Source: a bacterium | GTDB lineage: Bacteria > Chloroflexota > Dormibacteria > Aeolococcales > Bog-877 | Direction: 5' to 3' | Assembly: GCA_021785655.1 (NCBI GenBank) | Contig: JAJYET010000007.1 | Span: 8,267-72,266, forward strand | DNA: 64,000 bases | In this document: positions 47,424-55,426 of the stretch, in pieces | Layout of the letters: every line of letters starts with the position of its first letter | How positions within the stretch are numbered: position 1 is the stretch's first letter | Notes under the pieces: model-generated | Databases searched by the model: none | Seen by the model: the letters and a program-made list of their open reading frames with translations, nothing else | Told to the model about the DNA's origin: nothing | Translations under genes and position numbers: made by a program

Positions 47424-48944
47424 TCAAGGCGCCTCCACCGCCCGGTCCCCGCCGGGGGCCGCCTGGTCGGCCACCACCTCGGCCCCGGCCTCGAGCCGGC
47501 TGCACCAGGCGACGCAGGCATGGAGGTCACGCTCGGAGAACGGGCTGCGGCCGGTGCGTGCGACGGCGGCGATCCGCACCACCCTCCGGGTGCCGGCCAG
47601 CTGAGGGATCAGGATCACGCTGTAGCTGCCCACGTTGATCCGGGGCTGGCGCCGGCTGGAGGGAAGCTCGGTCAGCACCACCGGCCGCCCGCTGCGGGTC
47701 ACGTGGCTCACGACCTCGGCGGTGACCAGCTGCTGCACCCGGGGGGGGGCGGCCGCGGGGCGGGCGGCATCGATCCACCAGGCGAAGTCGGCGGAGAGGC
47801 GGCGCGCCAGCGCCTGCAGCGAGAGCTCGTCGGCCAGCGTCACCACGGGCACCGCGAGGCGGGACCGCCGACGCAGGTAGGAGACCATCGCCGAGCCCAG
47901 CAGCTGGGCGGCCAGCAGCGCCAGGATGGCCAGGACCACGGTGGCGAGATGGGCCTTGGCGGTGAGGATCGCGAAGCCCACGAGGCCGCCGGCCACGGCG
48001 ATGAGCCCCGCCACCCAGAGAAGCCTCTGGGCCCCCATCCCCATGCGCCAGAAGGCGCTGCGGAAGGTGAGGAGACCGTACACCGCCACGCTCACCAGAA
48101 GGCTGGTCGCCGCCGCCCCCAGCCAGGGAGCCGGTGGCCGCAGGGGCAGGTCGGTCAGCAGCGCGACCACCGACACGAACACCACCATCCCGGCCCCCGC
48201 AGACACCGCCACCTTGCCGAGGAGCGCCGCCAGCGGCACGTAGACCACAAGGGAGAGGACGTGCTTGCCGAAGAGGATCCCCTGGGAGAGGGTGGCCTTG
48301 CTCTCGCCGGCGTAGCGGGGAGCGAAGGTGAAGGGAACATCCCTGACCCGGATGCCCGGCAGGCAAACGAGGAGCTCGAGGAGGATCTTGAAGCCCACCG
48401 GGCGGAACTCCAGCCCGGCGATGCTGCGCTGACGCACGCAGAAGAAACCGCTCAGCGGGTCGGTGGTGCGACGCGCCTCGGAGAAGACCGCCCTCGCCAC
48501 CCAGGAGACGCTCTTGCTGACGGCCGTCCGGAAGCGGCCAGAGAGCCCGGCAGCGCTACCTCCGGGGGCGTAACGGGACGCCACCGCCAGGTCCGCGCCC
48601 GCCCTCACCGCCCGCAGCAGCTCGGGGATGACCTCGGGAGGGTGCTGCAGGTCCGCGTCCATGACACAGATCGCCTGCCCCCTGGCCAGACTGAGGCCGG
48701 TGGACACCGCCGCGCCCAGCCCGCGCGGCTCGTGGGCGTCCCTCTCGACCACCACCCAGCTGGGGTCGGAGGCGGCAATCTGCCGCAGGGCGGGCCTGGT
48801 GACCTCGTCCGTGCTGTCGTCCAGGATCAGGACCTCCGCGGCCAGCCCCGACAGCGCCTGGCCGAGCCGGCGGTGCAGCTCGGGGAGGGCGTCGGCCTCG
48901 TTGCGGGTCGGCACCACCACGCTTAGCTCGATCTGCCCCTCCAT
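47424..48944 (-). CDS. GT2 polyprenol-phosphate mannose/glucose synthase-like (DPM1/Ppm1/GtrB type) fused to a TM region and a C-terminal GAF-like domain
   Basis: Motifs LSVVVPTRNEADAL, LILDDSTDE, VMDADLQHPP, ASRY, DPLSGFF. These are followed by about 4 hydrophobic helices and a soluble tail of about 140 aa. Confidence 0.8.
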   Translation of the reverse strand: MEGQIELSVVVPTRNEADALPELHRRLGQALSGLAAEVLILDDSTDEVTRPALRQIAASDPSWVVVERDAHEPRGLGAAVSTGLSLARGQAICVMDADLQHPPEVIPELLRAVRAGADLAVASRYAPGGSAAGLSGRFRTAVSKSVSWVARAVFSEARRTTDPLSGFFCVRQRSIAGLEFRPVGFKILLELLVCLPGIRVRDVPFTFAPRYAGESKATLSQGILFGKHVLSLVVYVPLAALLGKVAVSAGAGMVVFVSVVALLTDLPLRPPAPWLGAAATSLLVSVAVYGLLTFRSAFWRMGMGAQRLLWVAGLIAVAGGLVGFAILTAKAHLATVVLAILALLAAQLLGSAMVSYLRRRSRLAVPVVTLADELSLQALARRLSADFAWWIDAARPAAAPPRVQQLVTAEVVSHVTRSGRPVVLTELPSSRRQPRINVGSYSVILIPQLAGTRRVVRIAAVARTGRSPFSERDLHACVAWCSRLEAGAEVVADQAAPGGDRAVEAP

Positions 48945-49123
48945 CAGGGCGCGAGCCTCCCAACTCGGGCCCCGGGCCCTCGGGGAAAGTCGGTGAATGC
49001 ACGGATCAGCATGGTTTCGACGCGGGCCTCCCTACCCATAGCCAGTCGGGGATACGCACCCCCCGCGGCCCCGGGCAAGCCCCGCTCACCTGGCCAGCCT
49101 CCTCCCTCCAGCTCAGGTTCGCA

Positions 49124-49152
49124 AGTCTGGCACCGATCCCAGGTGGTGTCAA
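49124..49152 (-). promoter_or_regulatory. Candidate sigma-A-type promoter TTGACA-N17-CAGACT for the GT2-gtrA operon
   Basis: On the minus strand: a perfect -35 TTGACA (49152-49147), a 17-nt spacer, then CAGACT (49129-49124). It lies in the AT-richer part of the 355-nt gap upstream of the GT2 gene. Sequence-only prediction. Confidence 0.3.
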
Positions 49153-49299
49153 CTCATCTGACGGCGTTGTTACCCAGTTGCACGTTAGCCGGGGATCCCG
49201 ACGTATTGACGTCACAAGAGCCGCAGCGCGCCGGGCCCCGGCGATGGCTGCTCCCGACTTCTCCGAGGGCCCGGCGGGCGCAGCCTTCGGCCGGGTCCC

Positions 49300-50442
49300 T
49301 CAGTCGACCGGCAGGGTGACCCGGACCTCGGTCCCCCGCCCCACCTGGGAGAGGACCTCGAGCTGGCCATGCTCCAGGTCGGCGCGCTCGCGCATGGAGA
49401 TGATCCCGAAGTGGGGCTCCCGGGCCATCTTCTGCTCGACGGCGGCCAGGTCGAAGCCCTCGCCGTCGTCTTTCACCACCGCGCTCACCCGGTTGGGCTG
49501 GAGGTTGATCAGCACCTCAAGGGTCCTGGCGTTGGCGTGCTTCCGGACGTTGACCAGCGCCTCCTTGACGATCCTGAAGAGCGCGCCCTCCGTTTCGGGA
49601 GGGAGCCGGCGCTCGGCTCCGATCACCGAGAGCCGGGCGTCCATTCCCTCCCGATCCTTGTACTCCGCCACCAGCCGACGCAGGGTCGGGATCACCCCCA
49701 GGTCGTCCAGGGTCATGGGGCGGAGGTCAAAAATAAGGTCCCGGGTCTCCTCCAGGACCCCCCTCACCAGATCCTTGAAGGTCTGGATCTCCACCTTGGC
49801 CCGCTCCGGCTCCCGGTCGACCAGCCGCTCCAGGATCTCCGCCCGCAGCACCAGGTTGGAGAGGGACTGGGCAGGGCCGTCGTGCATGTCGCGGGCGATC
49901 CGCATCCGCTCCTCCTCGATGATCTGGAAGACCTGGCGGGAGGCGGAGCGGTAGCGGGCCAGGCCCTCCTCGAGAGTGCCATCGGTGGCCGGGCGGTCGC
50001 CCAGCTGGTCGAGCGCCGCGCGCACCAAGAGGTGCCAGCGGCGAAGCTCCCGAGCCCGTGACCGGCACAGCAGGAGCCGGGCCCGGGCGAGGGCGGCCTC
50101 CTGCTGCAGCGCGTGGCAGCGGGTGATGGCCGCCTCGACCTCAGCGGCAGCGTAGCGCACGTGGTCCCGAAGGACGTGGCGGCGAACGATCTCGGCGTCC
50201 TCGATCCGTTCCTCGGTCTGGTCCAGGCCGGCGAGCAGCCGCATCACCTCCTCGTCGAGGGCGAGGAGCGAACCCTCTACCTGGGAGGTCTCCTGAAGGA
50301 GCGTCTGCTGGAGCTCTGCCAGCGCCCGGCTGGGTGGTGGGGAGGGGGCGGCGGCCACGGGGTAAGCGTACGCGGCCGGGCTGGGAGCGGAGCCGTGACC
50401 TCGCTGCCGCGAGTTGGCAACGGATGCAGGGGCGGGAACCAC
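49300..50442 (-). CDS. Cytoplasmic sensor histidine kinase, HisKA_3 (DegS/NarX-like) type
   Basis: No TM segment. A coiled-coil-like N-terminal half, an H-box RIARDMHDGPAQ, and a HATPase region ALFRIVKEALVNVRKHA...DDGEGF...GIISMRERA. No adjacent LuxR-type response regulator. The start is uncertain. Confidence 0.85.
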   Translation of the reverse strand: MVPAPASVANSRQRGHGSAPSPAAYAYPVAAAPSPPPSRALAELQQTLLQETSQVEGSLLALDEEVMRLLAGLDQTEERIEDAEIVRRHVLRDHVRYAAAEVEAAITRCHALQQEAALARARLLLCRSRARELRRWHLLVRAALDQLGDRPATDGTLEEGLARYRSASRQVFQIIEEERMRIARDMHDGPAQSLSNLVLRAEILERLVDREPERAKVEIQTFKDLVRGVLEETRDLIFDLRPMTLDDLGVIPTLRRLVAEYKDREGMDARLSVIGAERRLPPETEGALFRIVKEALVNVRKHANARTLEVLINLQPNRVSAVVKDDGEGFDLAAVEQKMAREPHFGIISMRERADLEHGQLEVLSQVGRGTEVRVTLPVD

Positions 50443-50461
50443 CCTCCCTAAACTTCGGCCA

Positions 50462-50496
50462 TGACCACCCGGCGCCGCAGTTGACCACCCGCCGCC
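50462..50496 (+). repeat. Two 15-nt direct repeats TGACCACCCG[G/C]CGCC, spaced 20 nt start to start
   Basis: 50462-50476 and 50482-50496 differ at a single position. They lie in the 40-nt divergent gap between the histidine kinase and the GT-C-like gene, and overlap a 7-codon mini-ORF (ATG 50461) and the candidate TTG start at 50481. Confidence 0.6.
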
Positions 50497-52022
50497 TGAC
50501 GATCCCGACCTTCGTGGCGCTGACGGGTCTACTGTCAGGAATGCTGGCCTCCCGCCCCCAGGTGACCGACCCGGACTTCTGGTGGCACCTGCGCAACGGC
50601 CAGACCCTGCTGCGCACCGGGCGGCTGATCGCCACCAACCCGTACGCCTTCATCTCCGCTGACCACCACTGGGTGATGCAGGAGTGGCTGAGCGAGGTGT
50701 GGATGGCGGCGGCAGCGGCCGCCGGAGGGCGCCCGGCGGTGGTGGCCGGCTACTGGCTCATCACCCTTCTAATGTGGATCGCGGTCTGGATGCGGTCCCG
50801 GATCCTGGCCCCGGTCAGCGGCCTCACCGTGGGGGTCGGGCTGCTGTTCGCCGCGCTCACCGCCTACCCCATCCTCGGGCCCAGGCCCCAGATGGCCACC
50901 TACTGCCTGCTCGCCTTCGCCCTCCTGCTCGCCGAGTTGCAGCTGCGCCGAGGCGGTTTGGCGGCCTTCCTGCTCGGGCCCCTCTTCCTGCTCTGGACCG
51001 ATCTCGAGGCGGGCTTCATCATCGGCCTGATCTTCCTGGCCACGATCCTGGTGGCGGAGGGGGGCGCCATCCTGGCCGGCCGCAGGACCAAGGAGGAGGC
51101 CGGGCGCATCTGGCGCCTGGCCGGAGGCAGCGCCCTGGGGCTCGGGGCCTGCCTCATCAACCCCAACGGGGCGGCGATCATCGCCTACCCCTTCCAGACC
51201 CAGTTCAGCTCGGCCCAGCAGGCACTGATCGTGGAGTGGCAGAGCCCGGACTTCCACAACCCGCTCCTCATCCCGCTGCTGCTCTTCGTCCTATCGCTGC
51301 TCTATCTGGTGGTCCGCCACGGCCGCCTTCCCCTGCGCGACCTGGCGGTTCTCGGACTCGCCCTCCTGGTGACCCTCCAGTCCGTTCGCAACCTGGTCAT
51401 CCTGGTGGTGGCCGGCGCCCCGTGGTGGATCGTCCTGGCGGACCAGCTGCGGCAGCGGCTGGCCCGGCGCTGGCGGCTCCGGCTGCGTCCGACCCAGCCG
51501 CGCCTGGCGTCACTGTTGGAGGTGGTCTTCCTCCTGGGTCTGCTCGGCGCGCTGCTCGGGCAGGCGGCAGTGGAGTCCACCCCGGCGCTGGCCTCCAGCA
51601 CCTACCGAGGGACCTTCCCCGTGTGTGCGGCGGCCTGGCTCAGGAGGGGTCCATCGGGGCTCAAGATCTTCAACGTCTACGGGGATGGGGGCTTTCTCGC
51701 CTACGAGCTGCCCCAGGACAAGGTGTACATCTTCGGCGACGCGGCCCTCATGGGCTCCCGGGCCCTGCTGCGATACGCCTCGATCGTGGATCTGGCCCCG
51801 GGGTGGTTACAGCGGCTGGACTCCAGCCCAAGCCAGCTGGTCCTGTACCAGCGCGGGCAGCCGTTCACCGACGCCCTGCAGCGCGAGAGTGGGTGGACCG
51901 TGGTGTACCGGGACCCCCTCTTCGAGGCCCTGGTGCGCACGGGGTCCCCGCTCCAGCGGGAGCTGACGCCCCAGCCCACGGCGGACGGGTGGCAGCGGAT
52001 GGGCCTTCCATCCTGCTCCTGA
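50481..52022 (+). CDS. Polytopic membrane protein, GT-C-like (family uncertain)
   Basis: Loop motif TDPDFWWHLRNGQTLLRTGRLIATNPYAF. A later EWQSPDFHNP motif is shared with ORF 55427..56884. The start is uncertain: the track start 50334 overlaps the kinase gene, so TTG 50481 is proposed. Confidence 0.45.
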   Translation: MTTRRLTIPTFVALTGLLSGMLASRPQVTDPDFWWHLRNGQTLLRTGRLIATNPYAFISADHHWVMQEWLSEVWMAAAAAAGGRPAVVAGYWLITLLMWIAVWMRSRILAPVSGLTVGVGLLFAALTAYPILGPRPQMATYCLLAFALLLAELQLRRGGLAAFLLGPLFLLWTDLEAGFIIGLIFLATILVAEGGAILAGRRTKEEAGRIWRLAGGSALGLGACLINPNGAAIIAYPFQTQFSSAQQALIVEWQSPDFHNPLLIPLLLFVLSLLYLVVRHGRLPLRDLAVLGLALLVTLQSVRNLVILVVAGAPWWIVLADQLRQRLARRWRLRLRPTQPRLASLLEVVFLLGLLGALLGQAAVESTPALASSTYRGTFPVCAAAWLRRGPSGLKIFNVYGDGGFLAYELPQDKVYIFGDAALMGSRALLRYASIVDLAPGWLQRLDSSPSQLVLYQRGQPFTDALQRESGWTVVYRDPLFEALVRTGSPLQRELTPQPTADGWQRMGLPSCS

Positions 52023-52028
52023 GTCGTT

Positions 52029-53750
52029 TCACGCGCCGGGCTGGAGCCAGATGGCGGCCCCGTCCACCAGCTCCGGGGACTGGCCCAGGATCCCTCGAAG
52101 CTCCCTTTCGTCCGCCGCGAACTGCGCTGAGGGCATGAGGACCAGCGCCCTGACCCCGAGCCGCCGGAGCTCGAGCCGGACGGCTGCGGCCGACACCCCG
52201 ACCGGGTGGGCGTCGCCCGAGCTGAGGGCGGTCGCCAGGTTCGCCAGCGGCGAGGGGCTGAGATTGTCGGTGAGCACCCCGCCCGGGCCGGGCCGGAGGA
52301 GATACCCGAAGGGCTGGGAGTAGCGGAAGCCCTGCTCGGCCTGCCAGTACATCGCCAGCCCGTGGTTCTCCCGGGTGGTGATGGGGATGGTGAGCACCGA
52401 GGCCCCGGCCGGCAGCCCCCCGAGGGCGGCCGAGCTGAGGACCCGGGGCGTGTACACGGGGAAGCCGGCGATGCCGGCCATCAGCCCGGAGCTGGGGAGG
52501 AGGGGTAGGAGGGCCACCCCCAGGATCAGCGCCCGGGACCGGAGTTCGAAACGCTCCATGACCCGGTCCCAGCCGGCGGCCAGAAGGCACGCCACCCCAG
52601 CCACCACGAAGATAGTGAGGCGGCTGGGGACCGCCTTGCCCAAGAGGGGGAGATGCTCGAAGAGCAGCCAGGGAAGCGGGACCCTGGTCACCACCCCGGC
52701 CACGTGCAGCTGTCCCCCCAGGGAGAGCAGGCCAGCCACCCCGGCCAGCCCGGCTCCCAGGCGGGCCAGGGGCGTGCCCCGCAAACGCCAGGCGGCCAGG
52801 GCCGCCATGACGAGGAGCGGGAAGCCGAGGTAGGCGTCGGTCTCGAGCAGCTCCCCGGTGTAGCGCAGGCTGAGGGCCCCAGCCGGCCCGATGCCCATCA
52901 GCTGGGCGTAGCCCGGCACCACCCACTCCAACAAGTCCACCACGTTGGCGGCGGGCGAAACCACGGTGGGACGGCTGAGCGGCACCCCGGACGTGAGCTG
53001 GGAGATGACCGGGTAGGCCATGAGGGCTCCGAAGACAGCGAGGGCGCCGGCCACCACCGGCCAGAGGCGGCGGAGCGGCGGCAGTCCCCGGCGAAGGATC
53101 CCGCGGGAGTTCAGGACCAGGAGGAGGACCGCCATCAGCAGGGTGGTGGCCAGCAGCTCCTTGCTCACCCAGTACTGCAGGACGGCCCATCCGCCCAGCA
53201 CCATCCCCCAGCGGACTGGGTGCCGCCCGTCCCGGGCGGCGCGCCAGGCGCGCTCCCCGGCCCACCAGCCCAGCGGGAGGGTCGCGGTCGAGACCCAGGT
53301 TAGGTGGCCCGCGGCCAGCTCGGAGAGGGCGAAGGGGCTGAAGCCGAAGAGGAGCCCCCCCAGCCAGGCCGAGCTGGCGTGGCGGACGTGGGGGCGCAGC
53401 TGCCAGGCCATGGCGGCCGCGGCCGCGGCCACCATCAGGACGAAGACAAGGTCCATGGCCGCCGCCGCTGGGAGCACTCGGAAGACCGGCCAGGCCAGCA
53501 GGGCCAGCGCGAGGTCGGCGTTGTTCCAGAGCAGGCTCACCGTGCTCGGATGGGTGGCGATGGAGGTCTGGAACGGGTTCAGCCCGTGCGAGATGGCGTG
53601 CGGGAACCAGTTGAGGAACCAGAGGTGCATCGCCGTGTCGGCGCCGTACCCCAGGAGCCGGGGCTGGCTCCCGAGCCAGAGGGGCAGGGTGAGGAGGAGC
53701 GCCGCCAGGAGGTAGCTAAGGGACATCGCCGGCCCCCAGCGGGGTCGCAC
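52029..53750 (-). CDS. Polytopic membrane protein, GT-C-like (family uncertain)
   Basis: 573-aa hydrophobic ORF with first-loop motif GADTAMHLWFLNWFPHAISHGLNPFQ. Alternative ATG start at 53726 (MSLSYLL...). Confidence 0.45.
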   Translation of the reverse strand: MRPRWGPAMSLSYLLAALLLTLPLWLGSQPRLLGYGADTAMHLWFLNWFPHAISHGLNPFQTSIATHPSTVSLLWNNADLALALLAWPVFRVLPAAAAMDLVFVLMVAAAAAAMAWQLRPHVRHASSAWLGGLLFGFSPFALSELAAGHLTWVSTATLPLGWWAGERAWRAARDGRHPVRWGMVLGGWAVLQYWVSKELLATTLLMAVLLLVLNSRGILRRGLPPLRRLWPVVAGALAVFGALMAYPVISQLTSGVPLSRPTVVSPAANVVDLLEWVVPGYAQLMGIGPAGALSLRYTGELLETDAYLGFPLLVMAALAAWRLRGTPLARLGAGLAGVAGLLSLGGQLHVAGVVTRVPLPWLLFEHLPLLGKAVPSRLTIFVVAGVACLLAAGWDRVMERFELRSRALILGVALLPLLPSSGLMAGIAGFPVYTPRVLSSAALGGLPAGASVLTIPITTRENHGLAMYWQAEQGFRYSQPFGYLLRPGPGGVLTDNLSPSPLANLATALSSGDAHPVGVSAAAVRLELRRLGVRALVLMPSAQFAADERELRGILGQSPELVDGAAIWLQPGA

Positions 53751-53920
53751 GGCAGTGAGAGACCGCAGTGCAGACCTGCTGGCTGAAGGGCGGGCGACCA
53801 GCTTGGGGAAGATCGGCGCGGCCTCCTCGGTGGGTGGATGCTGGCTGGCGGCGCGGAGAGTCTAGGGTGCTGACGGGCATCCCCGGGTGACGTTGCGGTC
53901 GCGGTCCCCGCAGGGGATCG

Positions 53921-54385
53921 TCAGCGGGAGGGGGACAACTCCTCGGGTGGGCGCATCCGCCAGGCGGTGGTGAGGAGCATCACGAGAATGTCGAGGTGGA
54001 CGAAGGTGCACCAGAGGCAGATGGCCTTCAGCTCCACCAGCTCCACGAAGACCAGGTAGAAGACGGACAGAAGCCCGAGGCAGGCCCAGGCGAAGTGAGC
54101 CCGGCGCAGCTCCAACCGCCGGGGCCGGAGCACCTGGGCCAGGGCCAGCGCCAGGGCCACCAGGAAGAAGGCCAGCCCGGGTACGGTGATCGGGGTGGAG
54201 GTGCCCGGCACCACCGAGAACTGGCTGGTCACCACCTTGTCGCAGTTGACTATCCCGGTGGAGACGCAGACCGGGGCCACCTTCGCGTAATGGACCACGG
54301 TGAGGTAGCTGGCATCGCCGATCCCGAGGAGGGCGAGGGCCGCGAGCCATATCGCTCCCCCCCTCCCCGGCGCGGGCTCCTCCAC
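53921..54385 (-). CDS. Vitamin K epoxide reductase (VKOR) family membrane oxidoreductase
   Basis: 154 aa with loop Cys pair CVSTGIVNC and active-site CLWC in a TM helix. GTG start has AAGGAGG 5 nt upstream. Confidence 0.8.
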   Translation of the reverse strand: MEEPAPGRGGAIWLAALALLGIGDASYLTVVHYAKVAPVCVSTGIVNCDKVVTSQFSVVPGTSTPITVPGLAFFLVALALALAQVLRPRRLELRRAHFAWACLGLLSVFYLVFVELVELKAICLWCTFVHLDILVMLLTTAWRMRPPEELSPSR

Positions 54386-54450
54386 CCTCTCCTCCTTCGG
54401 GGCTCCGGCGCCGGCCGGCGGGAGGACGCGACGACGGGCCCTGGCGCTGC

Positions 54451-55377
54451 TCAGAGACCCGCCTCCAGCTGCCGCACCAGCGCACGGTCGCAGACCGACC
54501 CCGGGCGGTTGCCGGTGATGGAGCAGATGGCCGCGGTGTCGTAGTTGACCCCGCCGAGGATCATCTTGGCCGGAGTCGAGCCGGTCTTGGCGAGCAGGCT
54601 GGCGATCTGCTGCCAGTCGTAGCCCTCCAGACCGGGAGGGCCGGGCGAGGTGCTCTCCGAGCCCACCTGGGCGATCCTGCCGCCGAAGTCGACGAAGGGG
54701 AACCCGCTCTGGCCGACCTGGGTGAACAGGGTGGCCTCCTGGGCTGTGAGGTGCTGGAAGGGCGCGTACCCGCTGCTGGACTTCTTGTCGGGAACGTTGC
54801 TGTACAGCTCCCGGGCCACGAAGGTGAGGTACGGGCTGCTGTAGGTGACGCCATGGGCGAAGGTGAAGGTGGCGATGTTGGTGCCCGCGGGGTCGGTGGC
54901 CGAGCCACGGATGATCTTCAGGTTGTGGAAGGTCCCGAACTGGCTCAGCGCTCCGATCAGCGACCAGCGCTGCAGAGCGCAGTAGGGGCAGTACTCGGCT
55001 CCCACATACAGGACCTCGGGCTTCCCCTGGCTCCTGAGGGTGGTCGGGGAGGGCACGGCAGCGGGCGGGAAGTTGACGTCTCCCTTGCCCACCTTGTTGA
55101 GGTTGGCGGTGGGGATGTGGGTCACCGCGCTGACCACCTGGGCCGGTGCGGGGAGAACCTGGGTGTCCTGAGCTGTGGACGGCCCTGAGAGGTCGAGGAC
55201 CAAGATCACCACCACGAAGACCGCGACCACCGCCCCGATGGCGGCTAACAGTCCCCAGGGGCGGCGGCTGGAACTCTTCTGCCGACGGTATTGGGGGCTG
55301 CGGGAGGATCCCCTCCCGTTGCCCCCCCCGGCGGCCCCCCGCGCCTGCCGGCGCTCCGCCATCGACTTCTTGGACAT
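54451..55377 (-). CDS. DUF929 domain protein, membrane-anchored thioredoxin-like with CPYC
   Basis: Basic N-terminus and a single TM. GKPEVLYVGAEYCPYCALQRWSLIGALSQFGTF, FPFVDFGG and AAICSITGNRPGSVC match the DUF929 pattern as I recall it. Confidence 0.7.
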   Translation of the reverse strand: MSKKSMAERRQARGAAGGGNGRGSSRSPQYRRQKSSSRRPWGLLAAIGAVVAVFVVVILVLDLSGPSTAQDTQVLPAPAQVVSAVTHIPTANLNKVGKGDVNFPPAAVPSPTTLRSQGKPEVLYVGAEYCPYCALQRWSLIGALSQFGTFHNLKIIRGSATDPAGTNIATFTFAHGVTYSSPYLTFVARELYSNVPDKKSSSGYAPFQHLTAQEATLFTQVGQSGFPFVDFGGRIAQVGSESTSPGPPGLEGYDWQQIASLLAKTGSTPAKMILGGVNYDTAAICSITGNRPGSVCDRALVRQLEAGL

Positions 55378-55426
55378 CTGTACCTCCGGCGCGAACCCGA
55401 CCGGCCGCCAGGATACGGGCCCGACC

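Noticed and set aside
49207-49214. TGACGTCA palindrome (CRE/CRP-like) in the gap upstream of the GT2 operon.
   Set aside because: Only 8 bp, and the flanks do not extend the symmetry. Many 8-bp palindromes are expected by chance in 64 kb.
49006-49215. 69-aa minus-strand ORF in the gap upstream of the GT2 gene.
   Set aside because: Third codon positions are a mix of A/T/G/C, unlike genuine genes here. There is no SD and no recognisable motif. It is more likely promoter or leader sequence.
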